Assembly: GCF_004010195.1 (NCBI RefSeq) | Contig: NC_057758.1 | Location: forward strand, 9,562,850 to 9,626,849 | Direction: 5' to 3' | DNA from: Chiloscyllium plagiosum | Taxonomy: Eukaryota | Length of the DNA stretch: 64,000 nt | In this document: one piece after another, positions 52,776 to 64,000 of the stretch | Layout of the letters: the number at the start of each line of letters is the position of its first letter | Position numbering within the stretch: position 1 is the first letter of the stretch | Translations under genes and position numbers: made by a program | Notes under the pieces: model-generated | What the model was told of the DNA's origin: nothing | The model's database searches: none | What the model saw: the letters and a program-made list of their open reading frames with translations, nothing else

Positions 52776-53919
52776 GCTGTAATCCATTGGCACTAACATT
52801 CTGAGGTTTATCCAAGACAATATAGCTGCTATGGTTAGAACATCATATTAGAAGGTAGGAAACCAGCAGTTAGCAACTTTCTCCATCTTACAAAGGCTTT
52901 CCATTATCTCCGAGGTCCAAATCAAGATGATGATGGAATAATCTCTACTTGTCTGAATGAATGCAACACCAACTGTACTCAAACAGTTTGACCCGATTAA
53001 TGACTAACGAGCCCACGTTATTGGCCCCCATCCACAATCACTCACCTTCTTCACCACCGACACTCAGCAGCAGATGTGAGTACCATTGCACTTCTCAGGT
53101 AGCACCGTCTACACTCATTACCATTGCCACCTGGAAGGAAAACGACAGCATTTAGGGAATAGTAACCATAATTCACTTGATTCAAACATAAGTGTTGTCA
53201 AGGGCAAATATAGACTAACAGTTAGAGTTTTAGTATGACTCAGTCTAACTTTAATAAGTTGAAAAGAGATTTTATTCAAGCAAACAGGAAACAAGAATGG
53301 GAATATAAATCAGAATCACAGCAGTGGCTGGTATTCTGAGGGAAGATAAAAGTAGTACCAAGAACATGTGTTGTCACAAATTAAAAAAAAGGTCATGTGG
53401 CTTTATTAGAGCTCCCTGGAAATCTAGAAACACACATGCAGAACAGGAAAGGTTACATCAGACAGTAGGAAGTCTATAAATTCACACAATAATGGACCTA
53501 TACAGAACGGAAACATACCATTCTGTCCAACGCCACCATGCCACCCAGATATCCTAACCTACTCTAGTCACATTAACCAGCACTGGGCTCATATTCCTCT
53601 TTATTTACCCATCTAGATGACTTTTAAGTACTGTAATTGTACGAACCACCACCATTTCCACTGGCAGCTCACTCGATAGACGGACAATCCTCTGCTGAAA
53701 ATGTTGCACGTTAGTTCCTTTTCATATCTCTCCCCACTCACCCAAAACCTATGCCCTCGAGTTCTGTACTGCCTAGCCCAGGGAAAAGACCTTGTCTGTT
53801 TATCCTGTCCAAGACCCTCATGACTACATTAACCTCTAAAAGGTCACCCCTCAGCCTCCGATGCTCTAGGGAAAACAGCGATCGCCTATTCAGCCTATCC
53901 TGAATACTACAGAATACTA

Positions 53920-54630
53920 CAGAAAGCTGGGCCTTCTGCAACACCTTTGTATGCTGTTCAGTCACAGGAGAGGTTCCAGAGATCTGGAGAATAGCTAATG
54001 CTGTTCTTTGGTTGAAGAAGGACATCACAGATAACCGAAGAAATTTCAGCACAGTGAGCCTTGCGTCACTGGTAGGGAAATTATTGAAGAAGGTTCTTAG
54101 AGATCGGACTGACTCACATTTGTTAAAATACGGACTTATTGGCGACAGGTATCACGGCTTTGTGTGAGGAACATCGTGTTTCACAAACTTGAATAAACAT
54201 TTTAAGAATGTGAAGCAGGTGACTGATGAGGTCATGGGGCTGGATGTTGGCCATATGGACTTTATCAAGAACTTTGATATGGCTCCCTGTGGCAGGCTCA
54301 CTTAGAAGATGAAGTCAAATGGGATCAGCGGTCAGTCAGTCAGATGGATACAGAACTGCTTGGTTATAGCAGACAGAGTAGCGGTGGAAGGGCATTGTTT
54401 GTTTCTGACTGGAGATCTGTGAATAGATTGACGGAGTTGTGGATCGTGCTGATGATTGCCAGAAGAGACAGCAGGATATAAACAGGCTATGGACGGAGAA
54501 AAAGCAGCTGTAATTTTATCTGGGCAATTGTGCTGTGATGCCTTGTACAAGGTCTGCTTCAAGAGAGAAATATACAGAAAGTGGAACAACTCTGTGCCTT
54601 CAACATAAAAAGGGATCTCGGCGTGCAGGT
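53920..54630 (+). mobile_element. Decayed CR1, continuing at 57818-58850
   Basis: Degenerate RT; 54305-54630 is repeated at 57818-58151. Confidence 0.75.
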
Positions 54631-55324
54631 TTGTCACCCTGCCAACCCACAATAGGCTCTCACTAAACGTAGCAAAACAGACTTGGCCAAACTAAACCAA
54701 AACAAAAACTCCTAGAATGCATCAGCATGGACCAAGCAGACTGACAAGCGAAACGAGACAGCACTCGCAGACAAGGGAATACACTTCCCAGCACCCACTA
54801 ACAATGTTTGAGCAACACAGCTATCCCAAAGCCCCGAGGGAAGTTTCACAATCCAGCAATACCAAAGCCACACAAAAACAGGACAGACAGAGACACGACC
54901 AAGAGCATTAATCCCAAGACAATACAATGCAAGCAAATACGGCTTCAGACGAGACATTAGCACCCATCTGCGAAGAGCAATGTAAGGTGCGGGCCCATCG
55001 ATACTGTCAGGATGTTACATTGTACAGAGAAACAGGATATTCATCCGATAACTGTTTTCTGATTAGCATCATTGTAACTAGATTATTCCATTTCCAGATA
55101 CATTTTATTTTCCCCAATTTTAATTAGTCTTATTGTACTGGATTATTATATAAATTAGTTTCTCCTCAGCTCGAGGAAGAGAAATTCTCGGCTACTTACC
55201 TGTGCTGTTTCAACTTAGTCAATTTCTCTTTCTCGATATCACTGCTCTAATAAACTGTTTGTCAATTTCATTTTGAACTGTGCTTTGTGATCTCTAAATT
55301 ATTAGGCAAATGTTTCCGATAGGT

Positions 55325-55342
55325 TGGCATTAGTCGGCAAGT
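55325..55342 (+). promoter_or_regulatory. Primer-binding site, tRNA-Ser-like
   Basis: tggcattagtcggcaagt compared with TGGCGTAGTCGGCAGGAT (complement of the vertebrate tRNA-Ser 3' end), 3 nt after the LTR end. Confidence 0.6.
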
Positions 55343-56949
55343 CATTTTCTTTGTCTCTCAACAGGGAAAGCAAACCTGACATTTTAAATTTAGACCAATT
55401 CAGACCTGGCGGACAGGCCTGCCCAAGGGGGTCAGACCAGAGACAGGCTGGAAAATTGCAGAGGATGGCCACAATTCGGATGTAGTGACTGCAGTGAATT
55501 GGCTTCAGCTGCCACACTTGGCTTGTGGATGTAGTCTGGTGAGCAATAAATTAGTCACCAAAGTTTAACTGTTTGGCAGACACCTGCTGCAGTAATTCAG
55601 AATTTAGCTTAGACTTGGCTCGGGGAGGTAGTCATTTGGGCTCCTAAATTTGTTGACTAAATTTTAAGCTGCCATGGCTGGTCCTGTGGAGGTAGTCTGG
55701 TGAGCAAATAAATTAAAGTTAACTAATTGGCAGCCGGTAATTCAGAATTGAGCAGCCTTAGATTTGGCCTGGGGAGGTAGTCAGGTGTACTGTTAAATTC
55801 ATTCATTAAATTTTATAAGAAACAGCAATTTGGCCCAAGCATAATCCGCCTTAAGCCAGGACTTATGCCATTAACATTATCCAGCAAAGAGGAGACAGTC
55901 GGGCAGACAAAGTAGGGCAATATCAGTGGACAGACCGCTAATCAAGTTTTTGCTTTACTACAGATAGTTCCTCAGCCCGAAGGAAATTGACTGGGCCCCC
56001 AGCTGTGTTGTCCTGCCCTGTGGTTTCTAAGTGTTTATTTTGAGATTGCTTGTTTTTGTGGTTACCTTGTTAATTTCAGGTGTCCCAGCTGGCTATTTTT
56101 GTTCAGCGCTGAAGAGTTTGTTCACTTTAGGGTTAGTGATCACATGATTGATTACCCTTTATTGCTTCAACTGTCAATCACTCATTGCCTGTGTGTTCTG
56201 TGAGCGCTCTGTCTCTGTTTTTCCTCGAAAGCCGAACTAATGTACTTAAAAGTCAACCCAAGACGTCGAGGAGGCCATGACGGCACGGACATCCACGCTC
56301 TGCCGGGAGGTGCCAGCTCTGGGAGTTGGGCAACGCAAACACCTGGTGAGAATGGTCTGGGGCCAAAACTGGAATAAAAGTATCCAGAAAAGGCATGTAA
56401 ATAAGTGAACTTCAATAAAAAGGTAGGCGATGTTCTTGTTACACCTGTGTCACCGGCAGACACTGCTAACAGGGGACAGGCATTACGTTATCTCCTTCAC
56501 AGGGGACCTTTACACGTGGTCCCAAGGGAACTGGCCATATAGGAGTCCATCAAAATTGATATGATTGACTACCAGCCACGGCCATCACGGGGCGGGGGAT
56601 GGAGGGAAACCCTGACGGGACACTGTCTACATGTTGCAGTGTCTCGCAAAACACCACCAGCCCCCTAAAGTAAAAGACCGCATCAATAAAAACCCGACAG
56701 CAGAGACATCTATCACACCGGCACAGCCCCGCTGCCCTACGCCTCACAATATCTGAAACTTCCCCTACCGGCCCCAGAGCCGGACCCACTGCTAAATGAA
56801 GTGGCTGCACAAGTTACCACTCGGCCCACAAGAAGCTTGCAGCAGGACATAGCAGCTGCCGGGAAAGCTGAATCCCAACAACTGCCAACCCAGATGATAA
56901 TCTCAAGTCACACGTAGCGCAGCTGCTGTCCTGAAAAAAAACGGGGCAC

Positions 56950-57765
56950 TTACTGCCAAATTCCACACTTTATGATTGGATCTACTCCCAGGATAAACCC
57001 TGGGCCCACGCAGAGATCCATGCCATGTTGCAAGCCGTCCCAGATCCATTGAAACTACCATTCACATTTTATAATTGGCTGCTACAAATTTCCAACATTT
57101 ACGACTGCCTGCTGCAGGATGTGCAGGCCCTGTTACAACTTGTAAACGGTACCCACTGGGCGACCATAACCCACCCAACCCTGGGACACTGCTGTAGACC
57201 GGGACAGATGGCTGGACAGCACCGTGAAGGAGGCGGTAAAAACTATGAAAACAGCTGTCACCCGATGTCTGCAGAAAGCAGCCGAGCCTCTGCCAGACTT
57301 CATCGACCGCTTTAGGGAGGTCTGGGAAGCCTCAGCAGGCATCCTCTTAAAAGAAAATGAGAAATTGGCTGTACGGAGTCTCGTAAATTGCAACTCCCTA
57401 TATCTGAGCATGTATACAAACCAAATCATTGAACCTGGCAAACGACATCCTGGAGGGACAACTTGACCACACACATTAACCTGGATAGGAATGGACTGTT
57501 CAACCATGCCAAAACCGAAGGGGGCATTCCTCCGAATTGCACATCCAGGCCACCCAGAAACACAACTAGACCAGTCCAGAGACCTATGGGGTTCCCTAAA
57601 GGACAGTGTTGGAACTGTGGCAATAAGGGACTTTGGGCTAAACGCTATTGGTTACCTCCAAATCAGGGTTTGGCATCGTCACTCCATTCCCCCATTCACC
57701 ACAGGCACAGTAGCAGTCCACCACCCTACAGTGGCAGCCTCGCTAGGCTGCCTACGCTATGACTA
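56950..57765 (+). pseudogene. gag: Retroviral gag (CA-NC), frameshifted
   Basis: Three overlapping ORFs (57025..57315, 57224..57466, 57463..57762) carry the CA N-terminus, the major homology region and a degenerate CCHC. Confidence 0.72.
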
Positions 57766-60700
57766 ATCCCTTTCCCCGTTCCCCTGAATCAAACTAAGGC
57801 TGCTGCGACAGCAAGGTGAAGGTGAAGTCAAATGGGATCAGCGGTCAGTCAGTAAGACGGATACACAACTGCTCGGTCATAGCAGACAGAGCAGTGGTGG
57901 AATGGTGATTTTGTTTTCTGACTGGAGATGTGTGAATAGATTGGTGGAGTTGTGGATTGTGATGATGATGGCTAGAGGATACAGCAGAATATAGGCAGGC
58001 GAGAGATTTGGACGGAGGAAAGGCAGATGTAAGTTTATCTGGGCAATTGCGAGCTGATGCCTTGTACAAGGTCTGCTGCAAGAGAGAAATATACAGAAAG
58101 TAGAAGAATTTTAAGTACCTTCAACATCAGAAGGGATCTCGGCGTTCAGGTCCACAATTCACTGGAAGTGGTAACACAGGTGCACAGTGAGTTCAAGAAG
58201 GCATTTTGTGTGCTCACGTACATCAATCAGAGCACCAAGTACAAAAAACGGCATATTGTGTTGAAGCTGTTTGGAGCTGCATTTCGACTACATTTGTAAT
58301 AATGTGTTCTGTACTGGTAGTTGAATCAGCAAAAGCATGTGGAGGTGTTGGAGAGGGTTTGGAAATCGTTTACCAGGATGACGTCTGACTTGGAGGATAT
58401 TAGCCTGAGGAGAAATTGGACAAACCTTTTTTTAAATCGGACATCAGTAGCTGAAGGACTACCTGATAGAAATTTACAAAATTATGAGAGGCATAGACAG
58501 AATAGATAGCCGGAGCCTTTTCCCATGGTAGAAATATCACATACTTGGCGTGGGGTTGGGGGAGGGGGGGAGTTGTGGTGGCGATAAGTTTTAGGCAAAA
58601 GGGGGAACGTTTGAATGAAATATGAGAAGCAAGTGTTTTTTTTTCCAGACAAAGTAAAAAAGTGCATGCAAGTTACTGACAAGGAAAATTGCTGAACAAT
58701 ATACAAAAGCAACGTTTAAGTGGGATCCTAACACGTAGTTGAATAAACAGGGAATAGCATGATATAGAATTTTGTTTTTAACTTTACAAAGGCATCATGT
58801 GTCATTGCAGGCTTAGTGGGCCGAAATGCCTGTTCCTGTGCTTTATTGTTCTTTAAGTCATGATTTCAGGAAAATAGTGGGCAATTGCTGACTGATTACA
58901 TTCACATTAATATAGATTTCTCCTCATCAATTTTCAGCTTCCTATCTGCTTTCCCACTGTGGCGAAACTTAGTATGGAGAATTTGCTATGTAATTCAGAG
59001 CTGGTAACTGGTGGCTTCTTTGTGCCCCTCGCTCCTGCGGACTTCTATCTTAGACACCAACATCTCAGGGAAGGCTGCATAGGGAGAAGCTGCATGTGTT
59101 TCACCTCCACCAATGTTGGCATCCGTCACATGCCAGCCTCACCACACCATCACAGTACATCTCCAACACACTGACTGTGAGCTTCTACACTTCAATTCTG
59201 AAGCGAAGGGTGTCCGATAACTCTCCTTGCAATGCTGCGGCAAGGACACTTTACTCAGCCATACACACGCAGTTCATGGACTACACCGCTGGGCTGCTCA
59301 CTCAGTGTTTGTACACACTTTGAGCTGTCTTGAACAGTCAGAGAATTATTACTTTGCCTTACACGTTCATTAGCAGTGTTTCCCCTCAGCGAGAGCTACC
59401 AGCTTACACGCCCGCTGTATTGTCTTGTTATTTAGCACAGACACTAAACCAGCTTTCTTGCCCGCATGTGTGTCAAGGTGCCCAGCACAGTGGATCAAGA
59501 GAAGTTTGAGATATCAGCCTGGGAACTTGGACACAGTCAGTCAGCCTTTCGTTGTTGTTAGTGTCAGGATCCTTCCACTGTTAGGGGTGAGGAGCTGAAT
59601 GTTGGAGAAACCCCTATCCCTCTTGGCACATTTTGTGCACTATTGTGGGATAGTTCCTTCTCGAATGGGCGAATTGCCAAGAGGAATCAAGGGAGTTGGA
59701 AGTGGTTGTTACAACTGTTAGTGCTGCTACAGATGGGGGAAAGGTGGTGACATGCCCTGAGCTAGTGAGTTGGTTGCACAGACACCAGGCAGAGTTGAGG
59801 AGAGGGCCACAGAAGAGTTTGGGCAGAGACGAAGAGAAGGTGCTGCATTCAATGAGAATGGGAGAACATGATACTTAGTGGGAGGAGGGTGTAGTGACAG
59901 AGATAGAGTGAGTGCGTGGTCACGAAATGCAGATGGTGGCACTTATCCTAGTGAAGTGGAGAAGGACACTGATCTCCTTCCTACACTGCTGGACATTCAC
60001 CCAGATGACTGGCACTTCATTGACGCAGGGGTCAACATCGGACCAAGTTGGCAAAGACTGGAGTAATGGCCTCCCCTGCTAGTCCGAGAGGAAGATAATG
60101 TCCCTCGCCTGTACCATGTCATCCACCAGAGCCTCAGGCGCTTGTCCACAGAGTGAGGTGACAGTATTACGCCCTTTCACATGTCCAGGGCAGTTTTGGA
60201 ATGACAATCCAAGATTTTACCTCTAACAGGGAGGTCGGCCCTTTCTGGCATATCCAGGCAGTGGACAGTTGCTATGACGAAGGGAAAATCATCGGGCTGT
60301 TGCCACATGAGAGAAGACTCTATGGGCAGGGACGATAGTTAATGAGGCAGATTGGGGATGGTATCATGAGAAAATGCACTTAGCGTTGTGGAGAGAAACC
60401 CTCTATGAAACCCAACGAAAATGAGACTTAACCAAATCATGAGATGGTTTCGGTCCCAAAGTAGGGAGGTGTTCCACATGTCGTAGTTTGTAATATTGCG
60501 AGTTATAAACGCACGGAGTGTGGAATTAAAACGGAGATCCACATCTTTAAAAGGGGTTAACGCAATGTTCCAGGCTGTAAAAAGAAGCCAGGGAAAAAAA
60601 ATCTCATGCCTTGTACTGTCCATCATTATTCAATCCTCACTAGGTACACAGAGGTGATGCCACAGGACTGGAGAACTGCTGACATTGCAGCCTGTTTAAC

Positions 60701-62896
60701 GATGACCAATGGAGTGACTCAAGAAGTCGAGCCTCGCATTCTGAGACAGAGGATAAACATTCGTCGAGAAATTACCAGGGATTCCGAGACAGTAAGCCTG
60801 CATTTGTTCAAGTAATTAATCTCAGTGTGTCGGTTTGAGGCAGTTACTTGTAACTTGATGCGACGTACTTGAATTTGACAAGAGATCACATGGCAAATTG
60901 TTTAAAAATAGAAACTATGGGGACTAGGTCACTGGAGTAAGCAAACTAGAGAAGTGCAAGGCAAGGCATTTGGTGGTATCAACAATACAAAGGAATGCAC
61001 AATAAATTAGAGGTTGGTCAGTGTGGGCAGATCTCTGAAGGTTGCTGGACACATCAATAACTTCATTAAGTTAGAGAATGGCATCATTTCCTCTGTCAGC
61101 CATAGTGCAGAATATAAGAGCAGGAAGCTTTTCCTGAAACTGTATAAATAATTAGTTCTGTCACAACTTGTGTACTGAGTGCAGTTCTGGTCACCCCCTC
61201 ACATGGAAGGATGCAGTTGGACTAGAGAGAGTACAGAGAAGATTCGTTAACCTGTGAAAGTGAAAGTGCAGTTTTGAGGAAAGATTGGAATGGAGGATGT
61301 TGAGGGGAGATTTGATTGCTGTGCACACATTTTCAGGGCCTGGGTAGAGAGGGAGGGAACATCTTGTTTCTGTTGGAGAGCTCAATTACCACCGGTGAAT
61401 ATTTAGTGATGTGGAGGTGCTGGTGTCGACTGTGGTGGACAAAGTTAAAAAGTGCACAACCCCAGATTACAGTTCAACAGGTTTGTTCGGAAGCACTAGC
61501 TTTATTTTAACCAATTTTGTATTGAATGTATTGGCTGAAATATTAGAGAAGTGGTGAGGAAAGTTGTTATTTGACCCAGAGTATGGTCGGGGTTTGGAAG
61601 TCACACATGGAAGCAGAACAGAGGCAAAAGCTCTCAAACCATTTCAAAAAGATGCTAGATCTGCACCTGAAGTTCTATAGTTTCCGGGGAGTCAAAACAA
61701 GAGTATCAAAATGCATTTGTTTGTCCAATGCAGACAGTGTAGAGAGTGATCTCTTCTATGTTGTGCTATTTTCTGAGGTTTTCAAAGGTTACCAATCCCT
61801 AATAGGATCAACGTGTAGGGTTGAAGGGAGAGAGCAGGGGGGAGAAATGTGCAAATTGATTCGCGTCACATTAATACGCATCCCATCCTTTATACACAAT
61901 CCTACATCACTGTGTTGGCCTATTTATCCTTCCAAAGAAACACTGTAAGCCGTTGATTATCAAGTTCTCAGTCTTGTCACACTGCAGCCATGTCTCCATT
62001 ATGACAGCTACATCTGACCTGGTCCATACTATTCAAAGCTATCATTTCATTTGCCAAGTTGAAAAGTTAGGAAGGCATTCATGGATGACAGCAAGTGCCA
62101 GAGACCAAGTTGGTTGCAGGGTTCAGAGGAGATTGCAGAGAGAGGTCGACGTGTGATGGCTGGAGTATATTGCAGGAATATAGATTATTCTAGGGGCTGA
62201 AGGAGACTACAAATTTAAGAATAGTTTTAGGTTTTGGTTTAAGTGAAAACAGAGATGGACCAGCAAGATCAATATTTTGGCTAAGACAGCTTTTAAAGAT
62301 AAATCCTTAACGAATCCTGAAAAAAATGATACAAAGACAAACTGCAACAGAAATTAAATTCAGTCGGGTGCAGAGCAGTCAGCACGTGGAGACTGTAGAT
62401 GGAGTCCACATTGTGACAGAGGAAATGAAATGTCTATCGACACAGATTCTGGTCAATGATGCAGATTCAATTCACACCAGCTGAAACAACATTTTTTTAA
62501 AAATTGTAACATTTCAGGAAATGACAATTATTCTGTTCTGAGGCTCTGTTGACCAGACCACTGGTCAAGAATTGATACATGAGAGTTGTTGCTGAATGGA
62601 GTCATTTCTGTTGTAACTGTTTCAGTTAAATATCACATCGAGACATACACATTAAATTAATCAATACAATCAGAACTGAACAAGCCGCAATATATTAAGC
62701 AGTTGTAGATAAAAATATTCATTCTGGAAAACAGTCTCAACGCCGTGAGGAAGATCACAGGCACGCTCACTCGCCTGAACATGATCAGCTGCTTTCACCA
62801 ATCCAGGAAATTGCGAACTCCACAGTCGGTGCCGAGTACAGAGTCCCATAGTCAGAACAGGCAGATCCCAGTCTCGATAACGGACCTATTCATTTG

Positions 62897-63211
62897 CAGC
62901 TCAGTAGCAGGTTAGCACTGCTGCCTCACAGCGCCAGAGACGCGGGTTCAATTCCCGCCTCGGGCAACTCTCTGTGTGGAGTTTGCACGTTCTCCCAGTG
63001 TCTGCGTGGGTTTCCTCCGGGTGCTCCGGTTTCCTCCCACAGTCCAAAGATGTGCAGGTTAGGTGAATTGGCCATGCTAAATTGCCCGTAATGTTAGGTT
63101 TAGGGGTAAATATAGGGGTATGGGTGGGTTGCACTTCGGCGGGGTGGTGTGGAATTGTTGGGCCAAAGGGCCTGTTTCTACACTGTAATGTAATCTAAAA
63201 AAAATCTAATC
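62897..63211 (+). mobile_element. Young HE1-type V-SINE
   Basis: Very similar to 11198-11516, with a B-box and aatct tail. Confidence 0.92.
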
Positions 63212-63304
63212 TTAAATGATCAAGTTGACGATCTCGACAATAGCGGCAGGAGGAAAATATGTTTGCTCTTTCATCAGTCCAGCAGAGGAGATGGAAGTCG
63301 ATGA

Positions 63305-63735
63305 GCCTGTGTTGTCCTCGTCGAAGTGGTGTCCTTCCTCATCCATACATGAAGATACTAGTGAGAGAGGGTCATGTCTTTTTGTGACTAGTTGCTCTAT
63401 CCTAGGTCCAATACATTCATCCTTGGACAAGCCAAACAAGCACCGGAACTCTATCAACAAACAAATCGAGTTTGACCCGATCTATTAACCCCTGAGAAAA
63501 GGAACAGGAAGTGACTTCACCGCAGGAAATAACGTCACCACAGGAAATGACATCACCAACCCAAAGAAACCCAATCAAAAAAATAGAAAGCAGGAATTTT
63601 CAGCATTGCTTCGCTTGAGGTCGACTAAAGATGTTACCTAGTAAGGTAACGAAACGTCTGGAAATGAACCTTTCAGCTCAGCGAGCAAACATACATCCAA
63701 AACCTCAACCTGAGCTACAGATCTTCCCAAAACTC
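63305..63735 (+). mobile_element. Penelope 3' end with an inverted GIY-YIG segment
   Basis: Minus strand EQLVTKRHDPLSLVS..EGHHFD (63305-63400), then plus strand ILGQAKQ and a pLTR with a mutated hammerhead (ctaaaga-tgttacctagtaaggtaac-gaaacgtc). Confidence 0.78.
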
Positions 63736-63737
63736 TC

Positions 63738-64000
63738 CAATCTCTCTTATTCTTAAGAAAGGGAAGACCCCGGAGAACTAAAAGCCAGTCATACTTTTAA
63801 ATGTCGATTACAAAATTCTGTCTGAGTCCCTTGCACTCAGGCTGGAAACTGATTTGCCTTCCATCATCAAAGAGGAGCAGACGGACTTGAGAAATGGCCA
63901 CAGATCTTCCAATACTGTTAGGAGATTGTTCAATATGATTCAAGCGTGTCAACAACAAGCTGTACAGAGAGTCTTCATTGCTTTAGCTGCAGACGAGGCA
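63738..64000 (+). mobile_element. L1/Tx1-clade LINE RT fragment
   Basis: SLILKKGK..LLNVDYKILSESLALRLETDLPSIIKEEQT..NTVRRLFNMIQ; it runs off the end of the window. Confidence 0.8.

Larger units (their letters stand above)
54632..57810 (+). mobile_element. Endogenous retrovirus 5' half (LTR, tRNA-Ser PBS, leader, decayed gag)
   Basis: TATATAA at about 55147 and AATAAA at about 55248, LTR end ttccgata at 55321, PBS-like tggcattagtcggca at 55325. Gag pieces: capsid KPW..VPDPLKLP, MHR LQKAAEPLPDFIDRF and a broken knuckle CWNCGNKGLWAKRY. Confidence 0.78.

Noticed and set aside
55515..55815. CRISPR-like repeat array
   Set aside because: The context is eukaryotic, the repeats are degenerate and the spacers are themselves homologous, so this is a tandem duplication in an ERV leader.
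59000..60600. Possible Tx1/L1 ORF1-ORF2 remnant
   Set aside because: The similarity is faint and frameshifted (IAS/INARSV near 60495), and neither strand nor boundaries could be supported.

Overview
This is eukaryotic, repeat-dense genomic DNA. The HE1-type V-SINEs, CR1 LINE tails and Penelope families point to an elasmobranch (shark; bamboo/carpet-shark-like by impression only). Its genic content is a minus-strand cluster of two-exon GPR139/GPR142-like class A GPCRs. One copy is intact (exon 1 15057-14988, exon 2 13427-12517, 326 aa, with a TATA box). A full-length paralogue 30.7 kb away has a single premature TGA and a DRF>HRF change. A decayed TM5-TM6 fragment lies at 18.6-18.9 kb and an orphan intron remnant at 28.5 kb. 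All sit within old local segmental duplications. The rest is nested retroelements: many CR1 copies, Penelope-like elements with GIY-YIG remnants and minimal hammerhead-ribozyme motifs, four short fold-back Penelope-derived insertions with 12-17 bp target-site duplications (TSDs), a decayed Gypsy element with Gmr1-type domain order, the 5' half of an endogenous retrovirus with a tRNA-Ser PBS, a solo LTR, L1 and Rex fragments, and SINEs. Repeat boundaries were read by eye and are approximate. No searches or alignments were run.
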